Virus record (IMG/VR): IMGVR_UViG_3300028888_000118
DNA length: 64,000 nt
From: an uncultured virus (IMG/VR IMGVR_UViG_3300028888_000118)
Taxonomy: Duplodnaviria > Heunggongvirae > Uroviricota > Caudoviricetes
Direction: 5' to 3' (one strand)
Made by a program: the position numbers and the translations under genes
The notes under the pieces: model-generated
What the model was told of the DNA's origin: nothing
Database searches by the model: none
The model's input: the letters and a program-made list of their open reading frames with translations, nothing else
Shown here: one piece after another, positions 23,700 to 34,525 of the stretch
How positions within the stretch are numbered: the first letter of the stretch is position 1
Layout of the letters: the number at the start of each line of letters is the position of its first letter

Positions 23700-23789
23700 A
23701 TAGATAACAACCTCCTTAAATCGTTGTTATCTTTAATGTTGATAAAGAAGGCGTTTTATGCTAAAGATTCAAATATATTTTATAATATA

Positions 23790-24242
23790 TCAATATATTT
23801 TATGTATTTGATTAATATACTCATGTTTCAGACCATATTTTCTTTTCAACTTATGACAGTAATCACTATTACACTTAAAATAGATAGATGCCTTTGTATT
23901 TTGCCAAACTATACCCTCATAAAGATACCCGCTATCATAAACATAAAAATCATCTGTGTGACACTCACTAATGATGTCTGCTTGCCACAAACCGTTTCTT
24001 TCAACAAATACAGGCTTAGCTGACGGAAAATACTTATCGTAGAAACGTGACATTTCTTTCATTTCATCCTCAGACAACCTACCAACTCTGAATTTTATAA
24101 ATGCATTTGCATGAATACAATCATTTACAATCAGTTTTAGTTTATCTGATTGGTATGTCATTATATCAATCACTTTAACAGCGACTTCACTTAAACTTAC
24201 TGTATTAGGGCGATATTTACTCATTTTGAACGGTTGTTTCAT
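23790..24242 (-). CDS. hypothetical protein whose 3' end reads into the IS607 left end
   Basis: Last ~9 codons lie in the AT-rich IS end. Confidence 0.55.
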   Translation of the reverse strand: MKQPFKMSKYRPNTVSLSEVAVKVIDIMTYQSDKLKLIVNDCIHANAFIKFRVGRLSEDEMKEMSRFYDKYFPSAKPVFVERNGLWQADIISECHTDDFYVYDSGYLYEGIVWQNTKASIYFKCNSDYCHKLKRKYGLKHEYINQIHKIY

Positions 24243-24631
24243 ACATTCACCTCATCATCACTCATCTCTGCACCACAAGACGGGCAGAAGTTTTCCTTAA
24301 TAACTGTCTTTCTTCTGCAATTTGAACACACATAGAATATGTGTTCTTTGTACTCAGGATCACCATATTCGTTCTCTCTGCCCGTCCAATGTGTGCCTGT
24401 GTATGATAACCATTTACCCGTCTGACCGCGCTTACAGCTTAATTCTGTAACGTAGAAACCGCTCATATTGCCAATTTCAGTAAGCAGATCCGACTTGATG
24501 TTGAACAGTTCATTAGGAAATACTTTACTTTCATTCAAACGTCTGTCAAGTGAAAGTGTAACTGTTTTAATAACATCATCTTTGAACACAATCTGCCGCA
24601 AGCCAATTGGAAGTTCTGTGTCTTGCATCAC
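24239..24631 (-). CDS. zinc-ribbon phage protein
   Basis: TGKW...CSNC...NFCPSCGAEM. Confidence 0.65.
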   Translation of the reverse strand: MMQDTELPIGLRQIVFKDDVIKTVTLSLDRRLNESKVFPNELFNIKSDLLTEIGNMSGFYVTELSCKRGQTGKWLSYTGTHWTGRENEYGDPEYKEHIFYVCSNCRRKTVIKENFCPSCGAEMSDDEVNV

Positions 24632-24639
24632 GTTTCACC

Positions 24640-25761
24640 TCAAACAATATTGAACATCTTAATGAATCTATTATTTGTCAATTCATCTACAAATGTTTTA
24701 GTATTTCCGCCATCATATGCCTTGTAATACAACACAGGAAGTTGACTCTGTGTCTTAACCCACATAGCAAAAGCCTTACGATTTTCACGGATATCACTAA
24801 CCGGATTGTTCAGTTTCCAGTTTTCAACATCATTAGAAACAATTTCAACTGTTTTATAAACAGCATCTACTTGTTTCTGAACACGGTCAACAGCATCACG
24901 GTATTGAGAAAAGTATGCCAAGAATTCTTCTGTTTCATTAGTTCGCACAAGATCAACAATAGTTTCAAGAGGTACATTTCCATTATGTGCAATCTTATGA
25001 AGTTCAAAATAATGAAGTGTTTTAATCTTCACACGATTTAACATATCGTCACATACAACAATACCTTCATGACTATCATCCATAGATGCTACAAGTTCTT
25101 CATAATCCTTTTGATTATTCAGTTCATACACCTTTGGACGTTCTACATGCAGTGTTGAAGCAATTTCATAAAGTGTATGCTGATCAGTGATTTCTTCAAG
25201 AGTATCCATTCTCCGTACAGAAAGAAGATACAGTTTCGTATCCGGATATTCAATAACAACGCGGTTAAATGGAGAAACAAGTTCAAATGTAAAACAAAGA
25301 TTTTCCCACCGATTACCTTTGAAAACACACAGCGGAAGAACGGATTCAAATAATTCGCCGAATGTATTATATGGCGTTACACCGTGCAACTCCGCTGTAA
25401 ATGCATTGATCGTACCGTTAGTGGAAAGATGCCAGTCTCCGTTAGCGTACCAAACAGACATCAAACTTCCGTCTATTTTTTCAGAAGATGTGGCTTTATT
25501 CCAGTTAATGTCGGCGGCGTACTTCTCTCCAAGATTAAAGAATTTATAGAATGCCAACCGCACAACCTTGAAATTATTAGTTGAATCAAGAATCAGCCCA
25601 CGCGCTTCACGGCAGATTTCCTGACCGAAATCAGATTCAATCTGATTATACTTGAAAAGATAGAAACCGTTTTCCTCTGAAATTTTAAGATTATACGGTT
25701 CTGCGGAAAGCAATTCCTGCCAATTCTCGTGATCATTGATAAATTCTTGAATTTTCAGCAT
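24640..25761 (-). CDS. RNA ligase 1 (T4 Rnl1-like)
   Basis: REARGLI, AFYKFFN.GE, EKIDGSL, FELVSP.NRVV, EGIVV, RVKIK. Confidence 0.9.
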   Translation of the reverse strand: MLKIQEFINDHENWQELLSAEPYNLKISEENGFYLFKYNQIESDFGQEICREARGLILDSTNNFKVVRLAFYKFFNLGEKYAADINWNKATSSEKIDGSLMSVWYANGDWHLSTNGTINAFTAELHGVTPYNTFGELFESVLPLCVFKGNRWENLCFTFELVSPFNRVVIEYPDTKLYLLSVRRMDTLEEITDQHTLYEIASTLHVERPKVYELNNQKDYEELVASMDDSHEGIVVCDDMLNRVKIKTLHYFELHKIAHNGNVPLETIVDLVRTNETEEFLAYFSQYRDAVDRVQKQVDAVYKTVEIVSNDVENWKLNNPVSDIRENRKAFAMWVKTQSQLPVLYYKAYDGGNTKTFVDELTNNRFIKMFNIV

Positions 25762-26299
25762 CTTTACTTAACTCACCTCTCTCAAAATCTAAACAAATTT
25801 TCATAAGATTCTTACTTCTAATAGGCTGTGGAATACCGGCACATATAGTCGGCTTTATGTTATTAAACTCCATAAGGTAGTAAGAAATCCACTCTGTAGG
25901 ATCATCAAAGTAGTATGATGTAGCAACTTGTTTATCTCTAAAAAAGTGGATACCGCTTCCACAGACCTCATGTACATTAGTATCAATGTCGTTCAATAAA
26001 ATTTCTCTGCCGATTTTATATACAATTGTAACAATACCTTCTGAACAAACCCAATATTCAATCAATTCCCAAATTGAGAATGCATTTCCATCCCAATCTT
26101 CATATACTTGATGTTCGTCAATAAGTTTATACACACTGACAACTTTACATTTATTTGTTCTATACTTATCTGTTGCACATATTGGATTAATTATAATCGC
26201 ATCATCCGGTATTTCTAATTCTACCATAACAGGAAAGAATCCGTGCTTCTCACTTACTCCTATAGCAATTTTATATCCACGCATAATAACCTCACTCAA
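25733..26299 (-). CDS. DUF5758-like protein
   Basis: GYK...VELEIPDDA...KYRTN.CKV...CGSGIHFF. Confidence 0.7.
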   Translation of the reverse strand: MSEVIMRGYKIAIGVSEKHGFFPVMVELEIPDDAIIINPICATDKYRTNKCKVVSVYKLIDEHQVYEDWDGNAFSIWELIEYWVCSEGIVTIVYKIGREILLNDIDTNVHEVCGSGIHFFRDKQVATSYYFDDPTEWISYYLMEFNNIKPTICAGIPQPIRSKNLMKICLDFERGELSKDAENSRIYQ

Positions 26300-26822
26300 A
26301 GGATAGACAGCGTTTCTTTATATGCTCTCTACGTATATATGTTCCACAAAATGAAGTAACTTTTCCATTAAGGCTCAAAAGCGTACTGTATACCCATGAC
26401 GTTGCATCACCGTTATAAAATTTTTCTGCGTCCTCAGCACTTCCGAAAAAATGTATTCCATCGCCGCAATCATGCTTGATATCTTCATCAACGTATCTTA
26501 AGGTAATAGTATTACCTACTTTGTATACAGTTCGTATATCCATATAACAATTTGCCAATTCGTATATAGAGAATGCATTTCCATTCCAATCATCGTATGA
26601 CTTGTTATCGAATGGATGCACATCAAGTGGGGATACTTTAACAACTTTACAAGTGTTAGTTCTATATTTTGTAACTAATTCAAGTTCACCGTTTTTGCCA
26701 AATAGAGGGATTCCTAAAAGTGGTGTAATGATAGTTGCATCATCCGGTATTTCAAGTTCAACAATTACTGGAAAGAATCCATGTGCTTCACTAACACCTA
26801 TTGTGATCTTATATCCAATCAT
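26292..26822 (-). CDS. DUF5758-like protein (tandem paralogue)
   Basis: GYK...VELEIPDDA...KYRTN.CKV...CGDGIHFF. Confidence 0.7.
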   Translation of the reverse strand: MIGYKITIGVSEAHGFFPVIVELEIPDDATIITPLLGIPLFGKNGELELVTKYRTNTCKVVKVSPLDVHPFDNKSYDDWNGNAFSIYELANCYMDIRTVYKVGNTITLRYVDEDIKHDCGDGIHFFGSAEDAEKFYNGDATSWVYSTLLSLNGKVTSFCGTYIRREHIKKRCLSFE

Positions 26823-27828
26823 AGCTTAGTCCTCAACAATCACATATTAATAAATTTTGTTACATTGTCATCAGTAAGGATTCCGAGAGCATCTAATGTT
26901 TCATCGGATGATGTTGTGACTTTATTATCATTTGCACAACTTTCTTTTACACAATCACCAAGAACCTTACTACAATTACCTACACAGCATACAACACATC
27001 TCACTTCAAGACACGGAATTCCTCCACTGTATACAAGCCTGTCACATTCATCTGTACATGCTCTGAACACTGAACCACATACAGGACATGTGAATTCATA
27101 CGTATCAATCTTACCTTTTTTAATGATCTCCATTACTAGTTACCTCCAATTTTATATTAACTGTTAGCATACATACAACCACTACAGGTTCTTCTTTCAC
27201 AGTCATAACAAGGTGAATCTTTTGGTTCTGATTCTTTAAGCGGACACCAAGTCATTCTTGTATCAGTATCATCATCAAATGATGAGTTTGTCGCAGAACA
27301 CTTATATACAGGATAATCACCATATTCCACAATAGAATAGAACGGACACTCATCACATCGTTTAATCTCAGGAGATTCAAATGTTAATGTATATTTCATA
27401 AATCAATCACCTACAATTACTCAGGAAGTGGAAGAAACATTGATTCGTGTGTCCATAGATCATGACCATCTTCAAACATACTTGTAGATGTTTCATCAAC
27501 ATGAACATAAAAGTATCCATCGCCATCATCTTTTGTGATCATAGCTTTTCTACCACAATCACTTAGCCAATTATCTTTAAGCAAAACAGTATCGCCAACT
27601 TTATAATCTCTCATATAACTAATCACACCTTCTATCAAACTTCAAACATATTATCTCGTACACACAGACCTAAGTTTTCTTCTGCATAATTGATAAGTTC
27701 TTCTATAACGTCAAGTTTTGCACCTATGATCATACGTGCGTCATCACTTGCGTTAAAGTAGTCACGTTTCAAATCTTGTTCAAATGCGCTGATATACTCT
27801 AACAGACAATCTAATGCGTTAAAATCCA

Positions 27829-28179
27829 TCAGAAAACCTCCCAATACTTTCCCACAGCGTTCCGCATATTCTCTACGCCTACAGGATTCATGGAATGAAA
27901 GTGGAACTTAAATGTTACGCTATTATCATCATGAAACTCTTCAATAAGCCAATCAATCAGCTTAATAGCATCTCCGCCGTTATTAGCATACTCACCTAAG
28001 TCGTGATCTAAGTCAAACCATATTTCGTCTACGCCCAAATCAATGTAGTTATTGATCACACTAATTGCATCACTTACCGATTTAACAGGTACATAAAAAT
28101 TGATACATTTAGGTATTGTTGATTCGTCAAACTTTCTAATATCATCAAGATATAAGTACAGTGAGTAGTGCCGTGCCAT
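27829..28179 (-). CDS. cyclic-phosphate-processing receiver-domain protein
   Basis: LYLDDIR...FDLDHDLG...HSMNPVG.ENM. Confidence 0.8.
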   Translation of the reverse strand: MARHYSLYLYLDDIRKFDESTIPKCINFYVPVKSVSDAISVINNYIDLGVDEIWFDLDHDLGEYANNGGDAIKLIDWLIEEFHDDNSVTFKFHFHSMNPVGVENMRNAVGKYWEVF

Positions 28180-28593
28180 ATTATCGCTCCTTTGTAATTT
28201 TAACATAGTTTGCCGAACTTATTTCAATGTCTAGGTACACTGGATACGGAACATCACAACTATAATACTCAATCATCCACTTTCTGTCAATATCGACATC
28301 AATTATTGTCACAGTTCCGAAGAAACCGATCTTCGTTAAACTTGTCTTCATTCCACGTATAGCATATTTTGCTCTTCCGTATGAATGCCAATCGGAATTG
28401 TCTTTCACATACTTGATTATTTCAGGATCAAAAGATACCTCGTCTTTTATAAGTGATCCCCAATCAATACCACGCTGTGCAAGATATTCCTTAAATTCTT
28501 TTGTTGGCACAAAGAATGTATCAAAAACAGCACACTCTTGAACATTCATACCTACATCTCCAATCTGTATCTGGAATCGTTTCTTACAAATAT

Positions 28594-28622
28594 AGTATAA
28601 CACATTTATAGTGAAATGTCAA
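28594..28622 (-). promoter_or_regulatory. early promoter (terminator at ~28647-28677)
   Basis: TTGACA-17-TGtTATACT. Confidence 0.85.
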
Positions 28623-28726
28623 TAGTGAATTGCAAAAATAAAAATAAAAATCTCCACAAATAGTATGTGGAGATTTTGTATATATTGTATAATTGTTGAA
28701 TTACATAATATTAGAGAAAATAGTTT

Positions 28727-29395
28727 TCAATCTTCTGTCGGAACGTAGTCTTTATTAGGAACTCGTCTAAAAATAACACGATATCGTGCAGATGGATCGT
28801 TCTCTTTGTATGATTTAAGGTCGGCTCTGCATTCACCGTTATCATATTTGTCATATTCACACAGGTCATCCCAACCATATCCCCAATTACCTTGAAGAAC
28901 CTTTACTTCTTTTGTTCTTCCGATTCTAGCTTCTTTCATTCTTCTCTTATTATGTTTAATAGATTCATCAAATTCTTCATCCTCAATCGGATCTGTAATT
29001 CCATACCAGTCTTTATAACAATCAATAATTTTGGAAGCTGTAACTGTTACATAGCTATAAAGTTCATCCCAACCTTCATGGAAATCATCTGTTGCCCATC
29101 TGTAGAAATCTTTGCCACAGAACCTCTCTGCTTCTTTTGATAAGTCAAAATGAACTACAACTTTATCAAATTTTCCATCTTCACCATAATATCTAACTTC
29201 TAACTTACCCAATTCAAGTTGACGATCATTTACATAAAGTCGCATTTCAAATTTTCCGAAATCACCGTCAGAATCGAGGAAGAAATTAAAATATTCTGAT
29301 TCAATTCCAAAATCAGAAAAGATATCTTCTAATTTCCAGATGACCTCATGTAGAAAATCTGTGTTCCAAGAACCCTCTTTAATCAATCTAACCAT
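28727..29395 (-). CDS. acidic multi-segment protein, candidate internal virion protein
   Basis: MVRLIKE start; internal KRRMKE segment; distinct leader. Confidence 0.55.
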   Translation of the reverse strand: MVRLIKEGSWNTDFLHEVIWKLEDIFSDFGIESEYFNFFLDSDGDFGKFEMRLYVNDRQLELGKLEVRYYGEDGKFDKVVVHFDLSKEAERFCGKDFYRWATDDFHEGWDELYSYVTVTASKIIDCYKDWYGITDPIEDEEFDESIKHNKRRMKEARIGRTKEVKVLQGNWGYGWDDLCEYDKYDNGECRADLKSYKENDPSARYRVIFRRVPNKDYVPTED

Positions 29396-30331
29396 TATAA
29401 AACATTCCTTTCAAAAAATATTAAAATTCAAATAATTATCCTATGCAACCAGAAAAGGTTTACATAGGATAATGTAGACTGTTGTTTTTTTTGATGGTTA
29501 TTATGTTTTTTATTTATGTATGTTCAATTTTCTGTAAATATGATCGAATCAGTTATAGCATGTCATACTACAATCTCAAATTATTCCTTTCTGATACTGA
29601 ATCCCATATCAGGAATAGTAAAATCAAAAACAACTCTTGAAATAGGATCACATTTAGTGACTATTACAGAGATTCCATCGTCAGTTGCACTAAATTCAAT
29701 ACTATCTCTATCTGGATCATAAACACCGGATTCAGTAGCCCTGTTCCGAATAAGGCTTTTAATAGAGTCTGTCAGCATCATCTCACAAAATTGCTTATTA
29801 GTCATGGTTAATTCTCCTTCAAAAATAATCTTACAATGCATCAATATAGAATAACATCATATTCATGCTTCTCCGATATGCATAAGTTTCCGAAGTGCTT
29901 TGCAATTTCTTTCATAGAATTCGATAAATCTTACATGTCCAGTCAGTGCAATCAAGAACGTAGTCGCCGCACAACAACGATCATCAATGTCATCACTAAC
30001 ATCGTCATCATCAATATCTTCTGGAAACGTAAACGGAAATGCATCAACTACAAGCTGTTTCAGGTTAGGAATTTTATATGTGTTAGAAAGATCATCAACT
30101 GAAGAACGGTTAATGCAGATATACTTAGCAATATCGCGCATGATTTTTCCGGTAGGATTCCAGTTATGTTCAATCATTTCACAACATTCTTCATATTGCT
30201 TATTAAAAATCTTAGATGCTACGTATGAATAAATATCATAATTATTATCTGTGATAATATCTGCAAGTTCAAACAACTTGGCATTTGCCTTAGTCATCAT
30301 GATCTTATCATCGTTTTTCATATTATTTACC

Positions 30332-31441
30332 TCACTTTACAATTTTAACTCCGCTGAAATCAAGTTCAGGCTTATTCTTCAACACATCGTTGCACTCATT
30401 GACTGCTTCCGCAAGTGTCTTACCTTCCGCATTCCGACAAGCGATAAGAGAATTTCCGCAAGTGATCCGGTCAGAATCTTCTTCCTTTGACGGAACAAAC
30501 ACAATTACATCCCATCCGGCATCAACCAACGGCTTTTCAAACTGTTCGTATACATCAAAATCTGTTACAATTTCATATCCGTTATCTACAGCTTCTACAG
30601 TTTCGTGAATTGGTGTGATCTTTACAATGCATCTATCTTTGTCAAAATATTTATTCATAATTTCAGGATTCAAGTCACTCTTAGATGTAACTGCGAAATT
30701 AAGAGTGAACTTTCTCTTTTTCGGCGCGGGAAGTTGCTTGATAATGTCACTAATCTCTGCAAGAGAAAGAGACTTATTTCTAAACATTCTATTTCTATCT
30801 TCTTCATTCAGTGTATTGATAGAGAATTGAAGTCCGAAACCATCATCACCGCCGAATAGATATCCCGCACTAACCCAATCTTTAAGGAACTTTACAAGAT
30901 TCTTATTGCCTTTTGGCATCATAGTAGATACTACAGGATGATATTCTTCAAACATAGGTGTGCTATCAGAGTCTACCAAGTCGAAATCACTTTTACAATT
31001 ATTAATATAATAACAATTGATTGCAGAAAGAATCACGTTCGGATTAAACGTAGGCTCTCCCATTCGTGCATAATGGATATTTAATCTCTTTCCATGTTTT
31101 ACGCCTGACATTGCAATAGCAGTTGTGATCTCAGACATGATCTCAGGAAGTGTTGCATTCCCATGAAAACCAAGTTTAGGACAATCACAGAAATCACACT
31201 GCATCGGGCATCCCTTTTGAGAAGATACAGTAACTACAAGTTTCTCAGCAAGGTCAACATCTTTATGCTCAACTTTATCAATTCTCTTATCATACCCCAA
31301 GAAAGATGCTTTGATATTATTCTCCTTGCCGTAATCACCGACATAGAGGTATTCCAGACACATATCAGAATCACTTACAATCTTTCCGGTATGTGTTGTT
31401 GTAATAAATCTACTCATATCAATCATTCTCCATTCTTTCAA
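30332..31441 (-). CDS. RlmN/Cfr-like radical SAM enzyme
   Basis: TVSSQKGCPMQCDFC, RMGEP, QFSIN, C-terminal ITCG. Confidence 0.8.
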   Translation of the reverse strand: MKEWRMIDMSRFITTTHTGKIVSDSDMCLEYLYVGDYGKENNIKASFLGYDKRIDKVEHKDVDLAEKLVVTVSSQKGCPMQCDFCDCPKLGFHGNATLPEIMSEITTAIAMSGVKHGKRLNIHYARMGEPTFNPNVILSAINCYYINNCKSDFDLVDSDSTPMFEEYHPVVSTMMPKGNKNLVKFLKDWVSAGYLFGGDDGFGLQFSINTLNEEDRNRMFRNKSLSLAEISDIIKQLPAPKKRKFTLNFAVTSKSDLNPEIMNKYFDKDRCIVKITPIHETVEAVDNGYEIVTDFDVYEQFEKPLVDAGWDVIVFVPSKEEDSDRITCGNSLIACRNAEGKTLAEAVNECNDVLKNKPELDFSGVKIVK

Positions 31442-32295
31442 TTTCTTTCATTTTACTTAGAACAGAATCAACCTCATGATTTGTTGTATCATTATCTGAC
31501 TTACCTAACTCAATAAGTTTGCCTACAAGACTTTTCCAAGCACATTGATAAGTTGTCGGATAGCTTGTCAGTTCTATCATTAATGTCATGCATAATAATC
31601 ACACCCACCTAAACATCCGGAACATACATTCTTTCCTTTCGTACAGACAAAGCCGTATGGACCGGAATAGTCAAGGTAAATATCTGTACAATTATCACAT
31701 GTTGCACACGATCTCTCTGGCATCAGCCAAATAGAACCATCACTGCACACATAGCCGATGAGTGGTTCTGGAACAGATTCATCCGAATACAGTCTTACAA
31801 ATTGACATCCTTCCGGAAGTAGCTGAATACATTTAATTGCGGAATCTTCTGCACATTCAGAATCACATGCATCATCGGTATCTTCGTCTGACTCTTCCTT
31901 TAATCTACTTGCAAAATCTTTCCAAAGACCTGAAAGTTCTTCATGCGTTCTAGGTTTTCTATGTTCTTCAAAACGATCTTTCAATAGTGAACCATGTTCA
32001 AGTCTCCACTCTTCTAGGTATTCATTAAGTTCGTTGAACATTTTAGTCATTCTATCAGATAGTCTAAAACTGTCAAAATCCTTTAATAATTCTTGAAAAT
32101 CTTCATTTGTAATCATACTAAACCTCTTACAATATTTACAACTCCACCTGTCATAGTACACCTCATTCGTCTGTAAAGTGAAGTTTCCCGTCATCTCGAA
32201 CCTCTAAGATATCACGATAATACTCTTCCCAATGTGCTTGCGATTCATTGAACGCAATACCTTTGTACTTACTAACACGCCATCCACCAACATAA

Positions 32296-32547
32296 TTAAA
32301 TTCTTCTGCAATAGAATCCATCTGTGAGGACACTATCCTGTAAACTACTTTTAGTAATATCACACATTCTAAAGTAGCAATTGCCAATCCTGCTATGTCG
32401 TAGATTACGTGAACTTAAATCTAGTCTATCAAACATATAACCTGACAACACTGCACGTTCTCCATCAGGATCACCAGATAACCACTTTTCGTGCTTCACA
32501 ATAATACTGTCAAGTTCTTCTTGTGACATCTTAATATAATCTGGCAT
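32296..32547 (-). CDS. short pentapeptide-repeat-type protein (possibly truncated)
   Basis: SQEELD.I...HEKWL...GERAVLSG...LDLS..NLR.S. Confidence 0.5.
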   Translation of the reverse strand: MPDYIKMSQEELDSIIVKHEKWLSGDPDGERAVLSGYMFDRLDLSSRNLRHSRIGNCYFRMCDITKSSLQDSVLTDGFYCRRI

Positions 32548-32553
32548 TGGTAA

Positions 32554-32844
32554 TTATACACCCTCTCCAACAACAACCCAAAATTTATTCTTTCCCCATT
32601 TAAGCCAAAAACAATCCGTGTCTGTAAGAGGTTCACAAAGTTTTGGTTTATTGCGCCGAACTTCATTTGCAGATTTAACTACTCCGATTTCCTTTAGAAT
32701 CTTTGCTGGAACACGTTCATCTGTGAACAATGTAAAGTCGCGCTCAGTTTTAATTTCTTCGTCTGTAGGATTTTGCGAACAACACAATTCTTGCCAACTT
32801 ACAAGTGGTTTGCCGATCACAATATTAACTACTCCGCCTGTCAT
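32554..32844 (-). CDS. small protein resembling an S4-like RNA-binding domain
   Basis: ILKEIGVVKSANEVRR...WGKNKF. Confidence 0.45.
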   Translation of the reverse strand: MTGGVVNIVIGKPLVSWQELCCSQNPTDEEIKTERDFTLFTDERVPAKILKEIGVVKSANEVRRNKPKLCEPLTDTDCFWLKWGKNKFWVVVGEGV

Positions 32845-34496
32845 TATAACACCTCATTCATCATTTTCTTCCAAGAATCGCGGCTCCTGCCAGAGTACCA
32901 GTTGTTTTGTTATCACTAAAAGAATAACGGTCTTCTGACCAACTAATGACTGCATACTGATTCACACCGCCGAGATGATCAATGAGTGATTTTCTGAAAT
33001 CAATATATGACGTTTCACTGAAATCAACTCCGTAAAAGAATGATAAAAATGTAGTAAGTTCAACATCTCTTGCATACAGATGCAGTCTGTATCCGTTATT
33101 TTCTTTGTCTTTGAAATAGATATAAATATTGTCAAAAAGGTTAATAGTATATCCGTAGTAGTCAGGTTCACGCTCATATTCAGAATCAGTCTCGATCTTA
33201 TAGATGTATGCATCTTTCAACTTAATAACAATATCCATAATTTAACCTCCGACCTTAATATGCGTATACACCGTTAAAAAACAGTTCCAGAACATTCATA
33301 GTTCTAGTGTTAAAAATGTAGAACAGATTATCCAGATCACTCACATCAACACCTACAAGCGACTCTACAAACTCATCATCTGTCATTGTATATCCGTCAC
33401 ACAGTTGCCACTCATAGACAGTATAGCAACCGTCACAAGTGATAGTCAAATAATGTCCATCCGCAATCTTTGCAATCCAGTTCGCATTTACACCGCCAAT
33501 TCCGTAAAGTTCAAATCCTCTCGATCTCATAGCATCTTCAAAATTTTCAGTAGTCTTAACATATGTATTCATAATAAATCCTCCTTATCGTCAGAAAGAT
33601 ATCAAAATGAATGTCTTTCCGTCTTCAAACTTATTAAGCATGTCATTAACACGTTTCTGAACGTCAAAGAAAGTTTCAGGGAATTTATCCCAAGAAATAA
33701 ATGTTTTATGATCATATGTTACAGGAAGATGCTTCCAGTCGATAAGTGTTTTGAACAAGCGGGATGCTTCTTCCTTTGTTACCGCAATAAACTGTTGATA
33801 GCAACTATTATACAGCTTCTTTGTACCAAGCACATCCGTAAAATAATCAATACTACGTACTGGCACACTTGTTGGGTATACATCATATCCATTAGGATTA
33901 AACCACTTAAACCAATCCTCCCATGTTTTATGCAGTTCTTTGAATTTTGCAATATCACTTCTAAGTCTATTTGAACGCCGTGCATAACTTATCTGAACAG
34001 CATCATTCATTGAAATTGGGTGGAAAAATCCTCTATTATCATGATCCTTTGTAATTTCAAACATTTCTACAAACATGCTCACTGCAATTACCTCACTTTC
34101 AAATTAATCAAAACGGCTTGAAACCGTTTCGATACAAATACCTATCAAGATCCATTACATTCATCTTCTTGATCTTATTCATGAACTTGCGTAACTTACG
34201 GTACATCTTAATACATTCCTCAAATGTACGTACTTCAATTCTCTTTTCCACTCCATAATCGTCATTTCCCCAAAAACTGAGAACAACTTCATACTTTGCG
34301 AACGGATTATCCATGAATTCAACTGTATCACACACATACAAATTTGCGTCTACGTACTTCCTGTTTCTGATCACATAGGACGGATACCAATCATCCCTGA
34401 CTTCAATAAAAGTTTCGCAATCCGGACAAACAGACTTAATATTTGTCATTTTAATTACCTCACTTTCGGCACACTCTCAACCTCTCTTACAAATAT

Positions 34497-34525
34497 AGTA
34501 TAACATATTTGCAAGAAAATGTCAA
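34497..34525 (-). promoter_or_regulatory. early promoter
   Basis: TTGACA-17-TGtTATACT. Confidence 0.85.

Larger units (their letters stand above)
21890..23821 (-). mobile_element. IS607-family element (tnpA serine recombinase + tnpB)
   Basis: Two overlapping genes; AT-rich AAAATATATT repeats at the left end; AGTA (minus) at both junctions; exact ends inferred. Confidence 0.85.
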
